Assembly (NCBI RefSeq): GCF_004010195.1
Contig: NC_057720.1
Span: 3,902,792-3,966,791, forward strand
Origin: Chiloscyllium plagiosum
Lineage: Eukaryota
Length of the DNA stretch: 64,000 nucleotides
Reading direction: 5' to 3'
In this document: piece by piece, positions 1 through 13,089 of the stretch
How positions within the stretch are numbered: the stretch's first letter is position 1
Layout: every line of letters starts with the position of its first letter
Program-made: the position numbers and the translations under genes
The notes under the pieces: model-generated
What the model saw: only the letters and a program-made list of their open reading frames with translations
The model's database searches: none
Told to the model about the DNA's origin: nothing

Positions 1-1625
1 GAGGTAACAGTGGCTGAAGGACCTGAACTGAAGGGAATTTATATTTGCCAGGACTGTTAGGTCTGAAGGCTGATAAGTCCCTGGGGCCGGATGGCCTACA
101 TCCCAGGGTACTGAAGGAGGTGGATCCAGAAATCGTGGATGCGTTGGTGATCATTTCCCAATGTTCTATAGATTCAGGATCAGTTCCTGTGGATTGGAGG
201 GTGGCTAATGTTGTACCACTTTTCAAGAAAGGAGGGAGAGAGAAAATTGGGAATAAAATACCGGTTTGCCTGACGTCATTGGTGAGAAAGATGCTGGAGT
301 CAATTATAAAGGATGAAATTATGACTCATTTGGATACCAGTAATAGGATAGGTCAGAGTCAGCATGGATTTATGAAGGGGAAATCATGCTTGACTAATCT
401 TATGGAATTCTTTGAGGATGTAATTCTGAAGATGGACAAGGGAGAGCCAGTGTATGAAGTGTACCTGGACTTTCAGAAAGCCTTTGATAAGGTCCCACAT
501 AGGTTAGTGAGCAAAATTAGGGCATGTGGTATTGGGGACAAGGTACTGACTTGGATTGAAAATTGGCTGGCTGACAGGAAGCAAAGAGTAGTGATAAACG
601 GATCCCTTTCGGAATGGCAGGTGGTGACCAGTGGTGTGCCGCAGGGATCAGTGCTGGGACCGCAGCTTTTTACAATGTACATTAATGATATAGATGAAGA
701 TATGAAAAGTCATATCAGCAAATTTGCTGATGATACAAAGCTGGGTGGCAGGGTGAAATGTGAGGAGGACGTTAGGAGATTACAGGTTGATCTGGACAGG
801 CTAGGTGAGTGAACAGATGCATGGCAGATGCAGTCTAATGTGGTAAATGTGTGGTTATCCACTTTGGCAAGAACAGGAAGGCAGATACTAACTAAATGGA
901 GTCAAGTTAGGTAAAGGGGGATTACAACGAGGTCTAGATGTTCTTGTACATCAGTCAATGAAGGTAAGCATGCAGGTACAGTAGGCAGTGAAGAAAACTA
1001 ATAGCATGCTGGCCTTCATGACAAGAGAAATTGAGTATAGGAGCAAAGAGGTCTTTCTGCAGCTGTACAGGGCCCTGGTGAGACCACACCTGGAGTATTG
1101 AGTGCAGTTTTGGTCTCCATATTTGAGGCTATTCTGGCTATTGAGGGAGTGCAGCGTAGGTTCACGAGGTCAATTCCCGGAATGGCAGGACTATCAAATG
1201 TTGAAAGATTGGAGCGAGTGGGCTTGTATACACCTGAGTTTAGAAGGATGAGAGAGGATCTGATCGAGACATATAAAATTATTAATGGATAGGACACTCT
1301 GGAGGCAGGAAGCAAGTATCCGCTGATGGGTGAGTCCTGAACCAGAGGACACAGTTTAAAAATAAGGGGTAGGATATTTAGAACAGAGTTGAGGAGAAAC
1401 TTCTTCACCCAGAGAGTGGTGGGTGTGTGGAAGGCTGTGGAGGCCAAGTCTCTGGATACTTTCAAGAAAGGGTTGGATAGAGCTCTCAAGGATAGTGGGA
1501 TCAAGGGTTATGGTGATAAGGCAGGGACAGGATACTGATCGAGGATGATCAGCCATGATCATGATGAATGGTGGCGCTGGCTCGAAGGGCCAAATGGCCT
1601 ACGCCTGCACCTATTGTCTATTGCA
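1..1625 (+). mobile_element. CR1-clade LINE, ORF2 reverse transcriptase region and 3' end, decayed
   Basis: ORF 45..812 contains GPDGLHPRVLKE, YLDFQKAFDKVPH, GVPQGSVLGP and KFADDTK. Stops and frameshifts follow, then a short tandem tail. Confidence 0.92.
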
Positions 1626-2135
1626 TTCAATTTTGATCTCCTTCCTATTGGAAAGATGTTATGAAACCTGAAAGGTTCTGAAAAGATTTACAAAGATGTT
1701 GCCATGGTTGGAGGATTTGAGCTATAGGGAGAGGTTGAATAGGCTAGGGCTGTTTTCCCTGGAGCGTCAGAGGCTGAGGAGATCATGAGAGGCATGGATA
1801 GGATAAATAGACAAAAAGTCTCTTCCCTGGGGTCGGTGAGTCCAGAACTAGAGGGCATAGGATTAGGGTGAGAGGGGAAAAATATAAAAGAGACCTAAGA
1901 GGCAACCTTTTCACACACAGGGTGGTACGTGTATGGAATGAGCTGCCAGAGAATGTGGTGGAGGTTGGTACAATTGCAACATTTAAGAGACATTTGGATG
2001 GGTATATGAATAGGAAGGGTTTGGAGGGATATGGGCCGGGTGCTGACAGGTGGGACTAGATTGGGTTGGGATATCTGGTCAGCATGGACGGGTTGGACCG
2101 AAGGGTCTGTTTCGGTGTTGTACATCTGACTCTGA
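1626..2135 (+). mobile_element. CR1 LINE 3' fragment (second subfamily)
   Basis: C-terminal motif LRGNLFTHRVVRVWNELPENVVE. The same 3' end recurs at ~6675-7110, 37677-38215 and 38505-38855. Confidence 0.85.
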
Positions 2136-3981
2136 TTTTCAATAGCGCCTCAGGCCATTCAGTTCAAGGCCAATCTGGGATGGACAGTAACTGCTAGCCT
2201 TTCACACCGCACCTACCTCCTGTAAAGGTCCTTTAAAAAAGTCTACACTGTGAAAGATGTGTGTTACTGAGGATCCTGTAACTATGTTGAATAAATGGTG
2301 TTTTGAGGAGCCTTACTTGTAAATGCAGTGGTAAAGACTTTGAATACTTTGCTGTTATTGTTTGAAAGTCGAGAGTGTGGTGCTAGAAAAGCACAGCAGG
2401 TCAGGCAGCATCCAAGGAGCAGGAGAATCAATGTTTTGGGCATATTCCCCTCATGAGTAATGAGGCTAGGCTTATGCCTGAAACCTGATTCTCCTGCTCC
2501 TCAGATGCTGCCTGACCTGCTGTGCTTTTCCAGCACCACACTCTCTACTTTGATCTCCAGCATCTGCAGTGCTCACTCTCTCCCTGTTATTGTTTGAAAG
2601 TTTGGTTCCTAAAGTGGAGGAAAAATGAATTTTGGCCTTTTTGGTCTGACTTGTTTCTTTATAAATTGTTGTAAAGTCATTTTGAGGAGTGACCTCAAAA
2701 TAGCATTTTAAACCTCCACCCCCCACCCCACGCGCACACACATGTGAAAGGTAAAGTTGTCATAGTCTTACCAGGGCTGTGCTCTTTCGAGGGAGAGAGA
2801 GAGGGGGATAACTGCTGGTTGTTTAACCTGAGGGTTACTATGCCCCAGATGAGCTCGAGAAAGAGAGTGCTTCATTATAACCTCAGCCGGAGAGGGAATA
2901 TCAAATCAAACCCACTCTAGTATCCCGCTGCCTTGTAAACTAGCTGTCCAACCAACTGAGCTAACTGCCCCCACACCAGGAGTTATTGTTAAGGCTTTGC
3001 TAAGTTGGATTTTCAACCCAGAGAGGTGAGGTCATTGCAGTAGATGTGTTGTTAACAGCAGTCCCAGGTGAGAAGGTTAATCTCATGTTGAGGAACTATC
3101 ACTTGTACGAGATCCTGTGTCTTGCTGTCATTGGGAATGTAACTCGACAGAGGGCTGCTACCTACCCAGATGAAGTTTGCACTACGATGTGACCCATTGT
3201 CGCTCTGCTGGTTCTTTGAAAGTCCTTTGCAATTAAATCCTCTTTGCCCTTGCTCCCTGGGCATGTGTTCTGTCTCTTTCAACTTAGAAATTTCTTTTAT
3301 TTTCAACCAATTCCTTTTGGAAAGTCAGAATTTAATCACCTCCTGCTGTCTTTCCAGGTGTTAATTTCTAGGTCTTCATTTGCTGAATTTACAAACATAT
3401 AAAACAGGAGCAGTTTTAGGCCATTTGGCCCCTTCAGCCATTTTCACAGCTGAGCTAGTTGAATTAATTGCATTTTCCTTCTCTTTCCCCCAGAACCGTA
3501 GATCTTTTGCAAATTTATTTAAAATTTGTGTCCTTTGATTAAAGATCTCCTCCCTACATTGTTGCTAACTATTTATTTTTCTTCTACAAATCCTTTCTAT
3601 AATTTTTGTACACTTCTATCAAATCTTGTTCAGCCTCCACCCCTCCACCGCCCCCCCACCTCAGATTCTCACACCTAGGGTTTTCTATGGGATGTTGTTG
3701 CATTTCCCACATCAGCTATTCTGTGGAATCTTTAACATTTTGGAAATCTCCCATGAATGGCAATTGATGGGGGAGCAATTGTTAATTTTAAACAGAGAGG
3801 GATGTATTTTTGATAATCAAAGGTAATGAGGAATACGGGACCGCGATTGCAGTACAGACATGAACCTGTTGAAATGTGGAATTCGTTCAAGGGGCTGAAG
3901 GGTCATCTTCAATGTTGAACTGGATCATGGGTTACTGTATGCAACACTCCTCCAACTTTAGTGTTTTATTTCCTTTTACAG

Positions 3982-4083
3982 AGCTTTGCATCCTATGACG
4001 TTTGCAGCATCTTGTTGGGAACAGCCACATTGCTGGTTTGGGTTGGAGTCATCCGATATTTGGGCTTTTTTGAAAAGTACAAT
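3982..4083 (+). CDS. MCOLN3: Mucolipin-3 (TRPML3) internal coding exon, S4 region
   Basis: Acceptor ttttacAG at 3980-3981 and donor GTaaga at 4084. 102 nt, phase 0. Encodes [34 protein letters not shown], matching vertebrate TRPML3 as I recall it. Confidence 0.93.
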
Positions 4084-4182
4084 GTAAGAGCTGGTAAAGT
4101 TCCTCACTCTTGCTTTCGCCTGACTCTCTCTCGTTCTCTCCCACCCTCTCATTTTGATGGCCCTTTTTTGTTCTTCTTGCAG

Positions 4183-4305
4183 GTCCTTATTATAACGCTG
4201 CGAGCAGCCTTCCCCAATGTTATTCGGTTTTGTTGCTGTGCCTCTATGATTTATCTGGGTTACTGCTTCTGTGGCTGGATTGTACTTGGACCCTACCATC
4301 AAAAG
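4183..4305 (+). CDS. MCOLN3: Mucolipin-3 coding exon, S4-S5 linker and S5
   Basis: Acceptor ttcttcttgcAG and donor GTgagt at 4306. 123 nt. Encodes [41 protein letters not shown]. Confidence 0.95.
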
Positions 4306-4319
4306 GTGAGTAAAAATAG

Positions 4320-6090
4320 AACATAAAACATGACAGCGCTCTTGATGGTTTCACAGGTTGGAGCAACAGTCTGAAGCCTATCTAACCTACACTATCTCAT
4401 TTTCATCCATATGTTTATCCAATAAACATTTAAATGCCCTTAAAGTTGGTGAGTCTACTACTGTTGCAGGCAGGGAATTCCATGCCCCAACTACTGAGTA
4501 AAGAATCTACCTCTGACATCTGTCCTAAATCTATCACCCCTCAATTTAAAACTGTCTCCTCATGTTGGCTTTCATCATTCCAGGCAAAGGCTGCCACTAA
4601 TTCTCTATCTAATTCTTTGATCATCTTGCGTGTCTGTATAAAGTCACCTCTCAACCATCTCTCTAACAAAAACAGCCTAAAGTCTCTCAGTCTTTCCTCA
4701 TAAGACCTTCCCTCCACACCAGGCAACATCCTGGTAAATCTCCTCTGAACCCTTTCCAAAGCTTCCACATCCTTCCTATAATGTAGTGGCCAGAACTGTA
4801 CGCAGTAATCCAAGTGCGGCTGCACCAGAGTTTTGTGCAGCTGCAGCATGACCTCGTGGCTCTGAAACTCAATCTCTCCACCAATAAAAATTAACACACT
4901 GTATGCTTTCCTAATAACCCTAACAATCTGGGTGGCTAATTTCAGGGATATATGTACATGGACACAGAGATCTCTCTAGATTAGCGTGGTGCTGGAAAAG
5001 CACAGCAGGTCAGGCAGCATCTGAGAAACAGGAAAAGCGACGTTTCGGGCAAAAGCCCTTCATCAGGAATGTTCATTTTCCTGCTCCTCCTGCTGTTCTT
5101 TTCCAGCACCACTCTAAACTCTGATCTCCAGCATCTGCAGTCCTTACTTTTGCCACTGAGATCTCTCTGCTCATCCACACTACTATAAATCTTATTTGCC
5201 CTGTACTTCGTATTCCTGTTACTTCTTCCAAAGTGAATCACCTCGCAATTTTCTGTATTAAACTCCATTTGCCACTTCTCAGCCCAGACCTGCAGCTTAT
5301 CCAGGTCCCCCTGCAACCTGCAACATCCTTCAACGCTACCCACAACTCCACTGACCTCTGTCATCTGCAAGTTTACTAACCCATCCTTCTACGCCCTCAT
5401 CCAGGTCATTTATAAAAAATGACAAACAGCAGTGGCCCCAAAACAGATCCTTGTGGTACCCCATTAGTAACTGAACTCCAGGATGAACAGTTACCATCAA
5501 CCACCACCCTCTGTCTTCTTTCAATGAGCCAATTTCTGATCCAAACCACTAAATCACCCTCAATCCCATGCCTCCATATTTTGTGCAATAGCCTACTGTG
5601 GGGAACTTTGTCAAACATGTTACTGCAATCCATATACACCACGTCAACCGCTTTACCCTCATTCACCTGTTTGGTCACCTTCTCAAAGAACTCAAAGTTT
5701 GTGAGGCACAACCTACCCTTCACAAAACTGTATTGACTATCCCTAATCAACTTATTCCTTTCTAGATGATTATCAATCCTTTCGCATTTAATCCTTTCCA
5801 ACACTTTACCCACAACCAAAGTAAGGCTCACTGGTTTATAATTGCCAGGGTTGTCTCTGTTCTCCTCCTTGAACAAGGGGACAACATTTGCTATCCTCCA
5901 GTCTTCTGGCACTATTCCTGTAGACAATGATAACATAAAGATCACAACTAAAGTCTCAGCAATCTCCTCCCTGGCTTCCCAGAGAACACTAGGATAAATC
6001 CCATCCGGCCCTGGGGACTTTTCTATTTTCATACTTGCCGGAATTTCTAAAACCACCTCCTTATGAACCTCAATCTTGTCCAGCCCAATA
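4320..6090 (-). mobile_element. CR1 LINE ORF2 fragment in a MCOLN3 intron, interrupted by a fold-back insertion
   Basis: Minus-strand ORFs contain KSPGPDGIYP, FDKVPH, GVPQGSVLGP and LERVQRRFTRML. Confidence 0.9.
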
Positions 6091-6250
6091 GATTGTTTAA
6101 GGATTTATGCATGTAAAAAGCCAAGGTATGTCTCACCATTACCACACTTGCTGACCTAGAGCTGGCATGTTCTGACAGTGTTGTGTGGATAACTATGACC
6201 CTGCCCTGACAAACTGAGTTATTGTGTGTCTCTGGTTTCTCCCTCGGCAG

Positions 6251-6457
6251 TTTCGATCCCTGAATGTGGTTTCCGAGTGCCTCTTCTCATTGATCAATGG
6301 GGATGACATGTTTGCCACTTTCGCAGCAATGCAGGACAAGAGCTACGTTGTCTGGGTGTTCAGTCGCATCTATCTGTCCACCTTCATCACCCTCTTCATC
6401 TACATGGTTCTAAGTCTCTTCATAGCCCTGATTACTGACACTTACGAAACTATCAAG
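6251..6457 (+). CDS. MCOLN3: Mucolipin-3 coding exon, pore helix, selectivity filter and S6
   Basis: Acceptor cAG at 6249-6250 and donor GTaagc at 6458. 207 nt. Encodes [24 protein letters not shown]...[14 protein letters not shown] with the TRPML NGDD filter. Confidence 0.95.
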
Positions 6458-7335
6458 GTAAGCAATCTTGCTGCCATTAAGTAGTGTCAGTGTCTAAATC
6501 AGCCATTCACTACCATGGGTGTCATTCGAATATGAAAGAGGCCACTCGGCCCCTTGAACTCTCCTGTTCAACAAGATCACGGCTGATCTGACTGCTCCCC
6601 GTTTCCCTGTCCCCAGTAGTGCATTGCTTTTATCAGAAAGCTAGCCACCTCTGCCTTTAAAAATATTCAAGGAGCTGTAGGGAGAGGCTGAATATGCTGG
6701 GACTGTTTCCCCTGAAGTGTCGGAGGCTGAGGGGTGACCTTATAGCGATTTACAAAATCATGAGGGGCATGGATAGGATAAACAGACAAAGTTTTTTCCC
6801 TGGGGTGGGGGCTCCAAAACTAGGGGGCATAGGTTTAAGATGAGAGGGGAAAGATATGAAAGAGACCTAAAGGGGCAACCTTTTCATGCAGTGGTAGGGG
6901 CATGTGTGGAATGAGCTGCCAGAGGAAGTGGGTGGAGGCTGGTACAATTACAGCATTTAAAAGGCATCTGGATGGTTATATGAATAGGAAGGGATTAGAG
7001 GGATATGGGCCAAGTGGTGATAAATGGAGCTGGACTAATTTTGGATATCTGGTCAGCATGGCTGAGTTTGACTGAAGGGTCTGTTTCCATGCAGGACGTC
7101 TCTATGACTCCTCTTCTACCCTCTCTGTTTTAATGGGCAACCTTTCTTTAATTTTAAAGTGACCCCCCCCCCCCCCCCCCCCCCCCAAGTGTGATTGATT
7201 GTAAATGATTCAGTAGAATTTATAAACTGTATTTGGAGACTATATGATGCTGAGTTGTTAAATTCTGAAATCCGCTACTACAGTGACTGAATTAATAATG
7301 TCATCAGGTTCCATTACTGCAGCTTTAGATGTTGA

Positions 7336-7937
7336 TGTTAAGGGCCAGGCCAGACCCCCTCAAAACATTTCAATAAAGTAGCCCGGGCCCTAACTTTGCT
7401 GGCTGTTTTAAGCAGCTGTGTGGTGGATATTCCAGGAGGGATGCAGCTGGTCAAACCACTTAGTTTTAAATGAAAATAACTTATTTACAAGATTACTGAA
7501 TGAAGCATTAACAAAGGAGAACGGAATACAGATTAACATAACCTATCCGCACACCCAACAGATCCTCCAAATTCCTGCAACAATCCCCAGAAAGACCCCT
7601 TGGGTAAAAAAGGTAAAATCAAACACTGGCTCTTCCAGGAGAGAGAGCTGGCGGGGAGATTCGGTGTGGAACACCTTCTGTGAAGGTGTTTCCTGGACCA
7701 ACAGCCTCAAAACTGACCACTTTCAGTGAACAGCCATTCTGTTACAACCAAACCAGAGAAAACCAGGGAGACTGCCTGCTCCCCTTTCCATTGTGCAAAT
7801 TTTTGTTTAAACTTGAAAGCCTTTTTCCTGAGGCAGTATCTGTTAGCTATAATCAAACTGACCCTAAAACCCTTTTGCAACCTCTCTGGAAAGAAAAAAG
7901 CCAAGCATAACTTTGCTAAAGGAGCAGTACCGTCACG
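7336..7937 (-). mobile_element. Probable solo LTR (~600 bp)
   Basis: Termini TGTTA...TCAC(G) flanked by the direct repeat TTGA (7332-7335 and 7938-7941). No coding potential. Confidence 0.4.
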
Positions 7938-9894
7938 TTGAATTCACTTAAAATCTAGAAATTTAAAATATTGCTGGTATCTGCAAGAAATGTTCCAATC
8001 AGTCAGATGTTATGTCACACGTTTGGACCAGGTGGGGCTTGAATCTGAACTTCCTGGCTCAGATGTAGGGATACTACCATGCAGCACCAATATCCCCTCT
8101 GATATCTGTAAAGCTGTCTGTTCAGTACTTTTCCTAATTATCCAAATCATTTCCTTGTTCTGAAGGATGTGTAACTTAAAACCCACTCCGTTGCTAACAG
8201 ATACACACCTGGGGTAACAGGGCTGACCTATGAAATAAAACTGGATCAGTTAGGATTGTGTTCACTGGAGTTTAGAAGAATGAGTGGGGGGATCTCCTAG
8301 AAACCTGTAACATTCTCATAGGGCTAGACAGGATAGACCCCACAGGAATGATGTTCCCGATGACTGTGAAGCCCACGACTAGGGGTCACAGTTGAAGGAT
8401 AGAAGACAGGCCATTTAGGACTGGGATGAGGAGAAATGTTTTCCTCCAGAGAGTGGGGAGCCTGTGGAATCTGCTGCAGCAGAAAATGATTCTGGATTAG
8501 TGGTGCTGGAAGAGCACAGCAGTTCAGGCAGCATCCAAGGAGCAGTGAAATTGACATTTCGGGCAAAAGCCCTTGATCAGGAGTTCAGGCCAAAACATAT
8601 TAAATACTTTCAAGAAGATGTTCAATACAGTTCTTAGACCTGAAGTGATCAAAGGGTATGCGGGGTGGGGGTGAGGAGGAAAGCAGGAACAGGGGACTGA
8701 GATGATCAGCCATGATTGTATTGAATGGTGCAGCAGGCCCAAAGGGCCGAATGGCCACCTGCTCCTGTTTTCTGTCTGTGTCCAAACAAATCAGAATGAG
8801 CAATAAATACTGGCTTTTCCCATGGTGCCCTCATCCCGAGAATGAAGAATGCTTTGTACTGACTGCCCCCCTTTTGCAGGGTATGGATGTCCTTTGTCAA
8901 TTGATATTCTACCATTTCCATTTGTTTTTGTGGTCTGAGTATGAGCGAAGTATGTTGTGGCATGACCTGAGCCCTTGATATCTAGGGGTTGAGTAATCGG
9001 TTCAGCCAATTCTGGAGCTGAATGGTTTGAAAGAAATTCCCCATTTACACAGAAGTTGCTCTCCCCTGGATTGGCTGTGGAATGAAGAAGGCAGAAGCTG
9101 GGATAACCCTTAGGAATGTTTAGGACCAAGATGAGAAAATTCCCCTCTCAAAGGGTTGTGAATCTTTGGTATCTTTTCCTCCAAGTTTTGTGAATTCTCC
9201 CTCTTTAAATATTTTTAAGGCTGGGAGAGATAGAATTTTTTGGGAAATGGCAGAAATGGGAAGTAGGTGAGAAAATGGAGGTGGAGGTGAAGATCAGCTG
9301 TGATTTTACTGGATGGCGGAGCAGGCTTGATGCTTGGATGGTCATGTGCTGTTATTTCTTGTATCTATTATTCCCCCTTTAACTCCATTTACTCTTGACC
9401 CATTGTTGTGTTCCCTGCTGCAGTAATGAAATACTGCTTCCTTTACCTAAATTGTTCAGACTGGAACCCAATTATCGATAAAAATGTGAAATGATATTGA
9501 CTGGACATCATTGGCTGTTAAGTGTCTGAGTGATTTATAGATGAAATATATTTAACAAAATTTTCTCTATTTGTATTTTTTAAACTAACGGTGACTTGTT
9601 GTGGCCTATGCACTGCTTATGTGGCAGGGGAGGTGAGTGTTTGCAAAAGCTGTTCTCAACTTTTCTTGTCCCTCCAACCTTACATCTTGGATATTTTGTA
9701 CAATGAGCTGAAGGAGCTGTTTGAAGCTGTAACATTTTTTAGTTCTGAATATTATTGGGGAGCCATTCAGATTGGCTTTTGATTTGACATTTGATCAGAA
9801 TGTCTGGCTGTATTTGCAGCAAACCAGGCTGTCTCTAGTTGTCTGATTCAATTTCCGGGCAAGATGTACTGAGAGAAAATACATCTCCTGGGTT

Positions 9895-10610
9895 GTAGAG
9901 TCAGTGTTATGTAGCACAGAAACAGTCCCTTTGGTCCAACACGTCCATGCTGACCAGATATCCTAACCCATTTGCCAGCACTTGGCCCATATCCCCCTCA
10001 ACCCTTCCTATTCATATACACATCCAGATGCCTTTTAAATGTTGTAATTGTACCAGCCTCCACCACTTCCTCTGGCAGCTCATTCCGTACACATACCAGT
10101 CTGTGTGAAAAGGTTGCACCTTAGGTCCCTTTTAAATTTTTCCCTTAAACTTATGCCCTCTAGTTCCGGACTTCCCCACCCCAGGGAAAAGACCTTGCCA
10201 ATCACTCTATCCATGCCCCTCATGATTTTATAAACCTCTATAAAGTCACCCTTCAGCCTCCAATGCTTCAGGGAAAACAACCCCAGCCTATTCAGCCTCT
10301 CCCTATAGCTCAATCCCTCCAACTCTGACCACATTCTTGTAAATCTTTTCTGCACCTTTTTCACATTTCACAACATCCTTCCTATAGCAGGGCGAGCAGC
10401 ATTGCACACAGTATTCCAAAAGTGGCTTAACCAATGCCCTGTACAGCTGTGACATGACCTCCCAACTCCTGTACTCCATACTCTGACCAATACAGGAAAG
10501 CATACCAAACACCACCTTCACTACCTGCGACTCTACTTTCAAGGAGCTATGAGCCTGCACTCCAAGGTCTCTTTGCTCAGCAACACTCCCTAGGACCTTA
10601 CCATTAGGTG
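9895..10610 (-). mobile_element. CR1 LINE 3' fragment
   Basis: Minus ORFs with LYRALVKPLLEYCVQ and LSYRERLNRLGLFSL. Confidence 0.85.
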
Positions 10611-10722
10611 TTCCCTTTTCCTAAATGCAAATGGATTGATGAGATTGTTGAACAAAATTCATTAACATGTCAAATAAGTTTGTGATTTCAATCAGCATTT
10701 GCTACTTTCCTATTTCCTTCAG

Positions 10723-10857
10723 CTTTACCAGCGGAACGGCTTTCCTCAGACTGACCTGCGTGTATTTATAGCAGAGTGTAAAGACCTGCCAGATTCTGGC
10801 AGGTATCGAGTGGAAACAGAGATGCCCCTCTCTCTCACTTGCTGCTGTCGCAGGTGA
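10723..10857 (+). CDS. MCOLN3: Mucolipin-3 C-terminal coding exon (ends at TGA 10855-10857, or splices after 10853)
   Basis: Acceptor tttccttcAG at 10721-10722. Encodes LYQRNGFPQTDLRVFIAECKDLPDSGRYRVETEMPLSLTCCCRR, similar to the TRPML3 tail (QYQQDGFPETELRTFISECKDLP...CCCKK). Not in the ORF track. Confidence 0.9.
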   Translation, partial: LYQRNGFPQTDLRVFIAECKDLPDSGRYRVETEMPLSLTCCCRR

Positions 10858-11049
10858 GTTTGTGTCAAAAATCTGTTTGTCAGGTTGGTGTCGTGATCTC
10901 CTGCCCTGAAAGGAAGATTCATCTGTTTGTACCTTGGCAATAACTTTCCAGACACTTGAACCTTCACACTAAAGCTTATTGCTCATCTAGTGTGGCTGTA
11001 ATTAATTAGGCTTCTGCCAGCTAGCCACTACTTTTCATTTATAAAACTT

Positions 11050-11980
11050 TTTTGGATGCGAGCATAAGAGGTACAGTTAGTAAGTTTTCAGATGACACCA
11101 AAATTGGAGGTGTAGTGGACAGCGAGGAGGGTTACCTCAGATTACAACGGGATCTGGATCAGATGGGCCAATGGGCTGAGAAGTGGCAGATAGAGTTTAA
11201 TTTAGATAAATGTGTGAGGCTGCATTTTGGAAAAGCAAATCAGAGCAGGGCTTTGACACTTAATGGTAAGGTCCTGGGGAGTGTTGCTGAACAAAAAGAC
11301 CTTGGAGTGCAGGTTCCTAGCTCCTTGAAAGTGGAGTCACAGATAGATAGGATAGTGAAGAAGGCGTTTGGTATGCTTTCCTTTATTGGTCAGAGTATTG
11401 AGTACAGGAGTTGGGAGGTCATATTGTGGCTGTACAGGACATTGGTCAGGCCACTGTTGGAATATTGGGTGCAATTCTGGTCTACTTATCGGAAGGATGT
11501 TGTGAAACTTGAAAGGGTTCAGAAAAGATTTACAAGGATGTTGCCAGGGTTGGAGGATTTGAGCTACAGGGAGAGGCTGAACAGGCTGGGGCTGTTTTCC
11601 TTGGACCATCGGTGGCTGAGGAGTGACCTTATAGAGGTTTAAAATCATGAGGGGTATGGATATGATAAATAGACAAAGTCTCTTCCCTGGGGTCGGGGAG
11701 TCCAAAACTAAAGGCGTAGGTTTAAGGTGAACGGGGAAAGATCTAAGGGACAACTTTTTCAGAGGTTGGTGTGTGTATGGAATGAGCTGCCAGAGGAAGT
11801 GGTGGAGGCTAGTACTATTACAGCATTTAAAAGGCATCTGGATGGGTATAAGATTAGTAAGGATTTAAAGGGGTATGGGCCAAGCGCTGGTTGGAGGGAC
11901 TAGACTAGGTTAGGATATCTGGTCGGCATGGACGCGTTGGACCGAATGGTCTGTTTTCATGCTGTACATCTCTATGACTA
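11050..11980 (+). mobile_element. CR1 LINE 3' fragment
   Basis: ORF 11052..11642 contains KFSDDTKIGG, WAEKWQIEFN and LYRTLVRPLLEY. Confidence 0.9.
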
Positions 11981-13070
11981 TAACAATACCTGTCCTGTCA
12001 TCTTTTAGGTAAAAACAAGGACTCTATGCTACTTTCTCCTCACCCCCACATTCCTCTCATTTATCTCTCCACTCTACAGGCACCCTGCCTCTATTCCTGA
12101 TGAAGGGCTTTTGCCTGAAGTGTTGATTTCCCTGCTCCTCGGATGCTGCCTGACCTGCTGTGCTTTTCCAGCACCACTCTAATCCTCTGTCGTCTTTTAA
12201 ATTGGGTTTAAATGACTATAAACTTTTTCAATTACTTATTTTCCTTTTTATGATTTATTAACCTTTTCAGAAGTTCCTGCACCATTTTGAACATGAGGAA
12301 CAGATGAATGTTAACTATTACGTTTCACTGAGATCTCACACTGTCTCTGTCTCCTGCTCTGTTAGAATTACCCTTTGAATACCTTTTCTGACACTGCTCA
12401 ACATGAGAGAGGTTACACCACCTTTTGATGATGCTTTTGTGTTGAGTTGGTGTCATTGGGGCTTTCTGCGGTGTGGGTTGTTCTGTAAATGCAATTGGCA
12501 AGTTTTGATAAAACTAAGATGGTATGGGAGGTTCCTGGGAGAGAAAGAGTTAGCGTTAGACATGGGTCTTGATGCACTGAGAGCTCAGTCATCTTGCAAA
12601 ATTGTTGGAAGGGTATGGCTTTGTTATGCTGACTGTGTGTAGGTGACTGTTTGAATGCTTCTGTTAAAAGATTTACTTTATGCTAAGTAATTTATGACTG
12701 CATGTTGTAAATCAATGGAGAATGTTTCACAATATGGAGTCTCATTAGCTCCAGTTCCAAGACAGTGGGACACAGATTTAAGATTTTGGAAACTTATTTT
12801 CCACAGTGAGTGGTACTAACCTGATGCTTGTTTCTTTATGAAGCTGGAGGCAATGATTAATTTTAAAAGGCAACTGGATGAGAAATTCAGGTAAATAAAC
12901 TCAGGGCAATGGGGTAGAATAGGAGGAATGGGACTGACTGTGCAGAAAGAGCAATCATGGGCTGAATGGCCACCTTCTGGGACGTTAAGACTATGGCAAT
13001 GCAATGTTGGAATGTAAGAATTGTTTTGTGTGTGGTAATCTTCGAGTTTTCTTTTCTTGAACATTTATAG

Positions 13071-13089
13071 GTCTGACACTGCAACATAG
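13071..13089 (+). CDS. MCOLN3: Putative terminal coding exon of MCOLN3 (adds SDTAT*), followed by a 3' UTR
   Basis: Strong polypyrimidine tract and acceptor (gttttcttttcttgaacatttatAG/G). Joining to the phase-2 donor at 10853 gives ...CCCRRSDTAT*. Followed by ~1.1 kb of repeat-poor DNA with AATAAA sites. Confidence 0.45.

Noticed and set aside
7163..7186. Poly-C run of ~24 nt
   Set aside because: It is a simple homopolymer of uncertain length with no supporting context.
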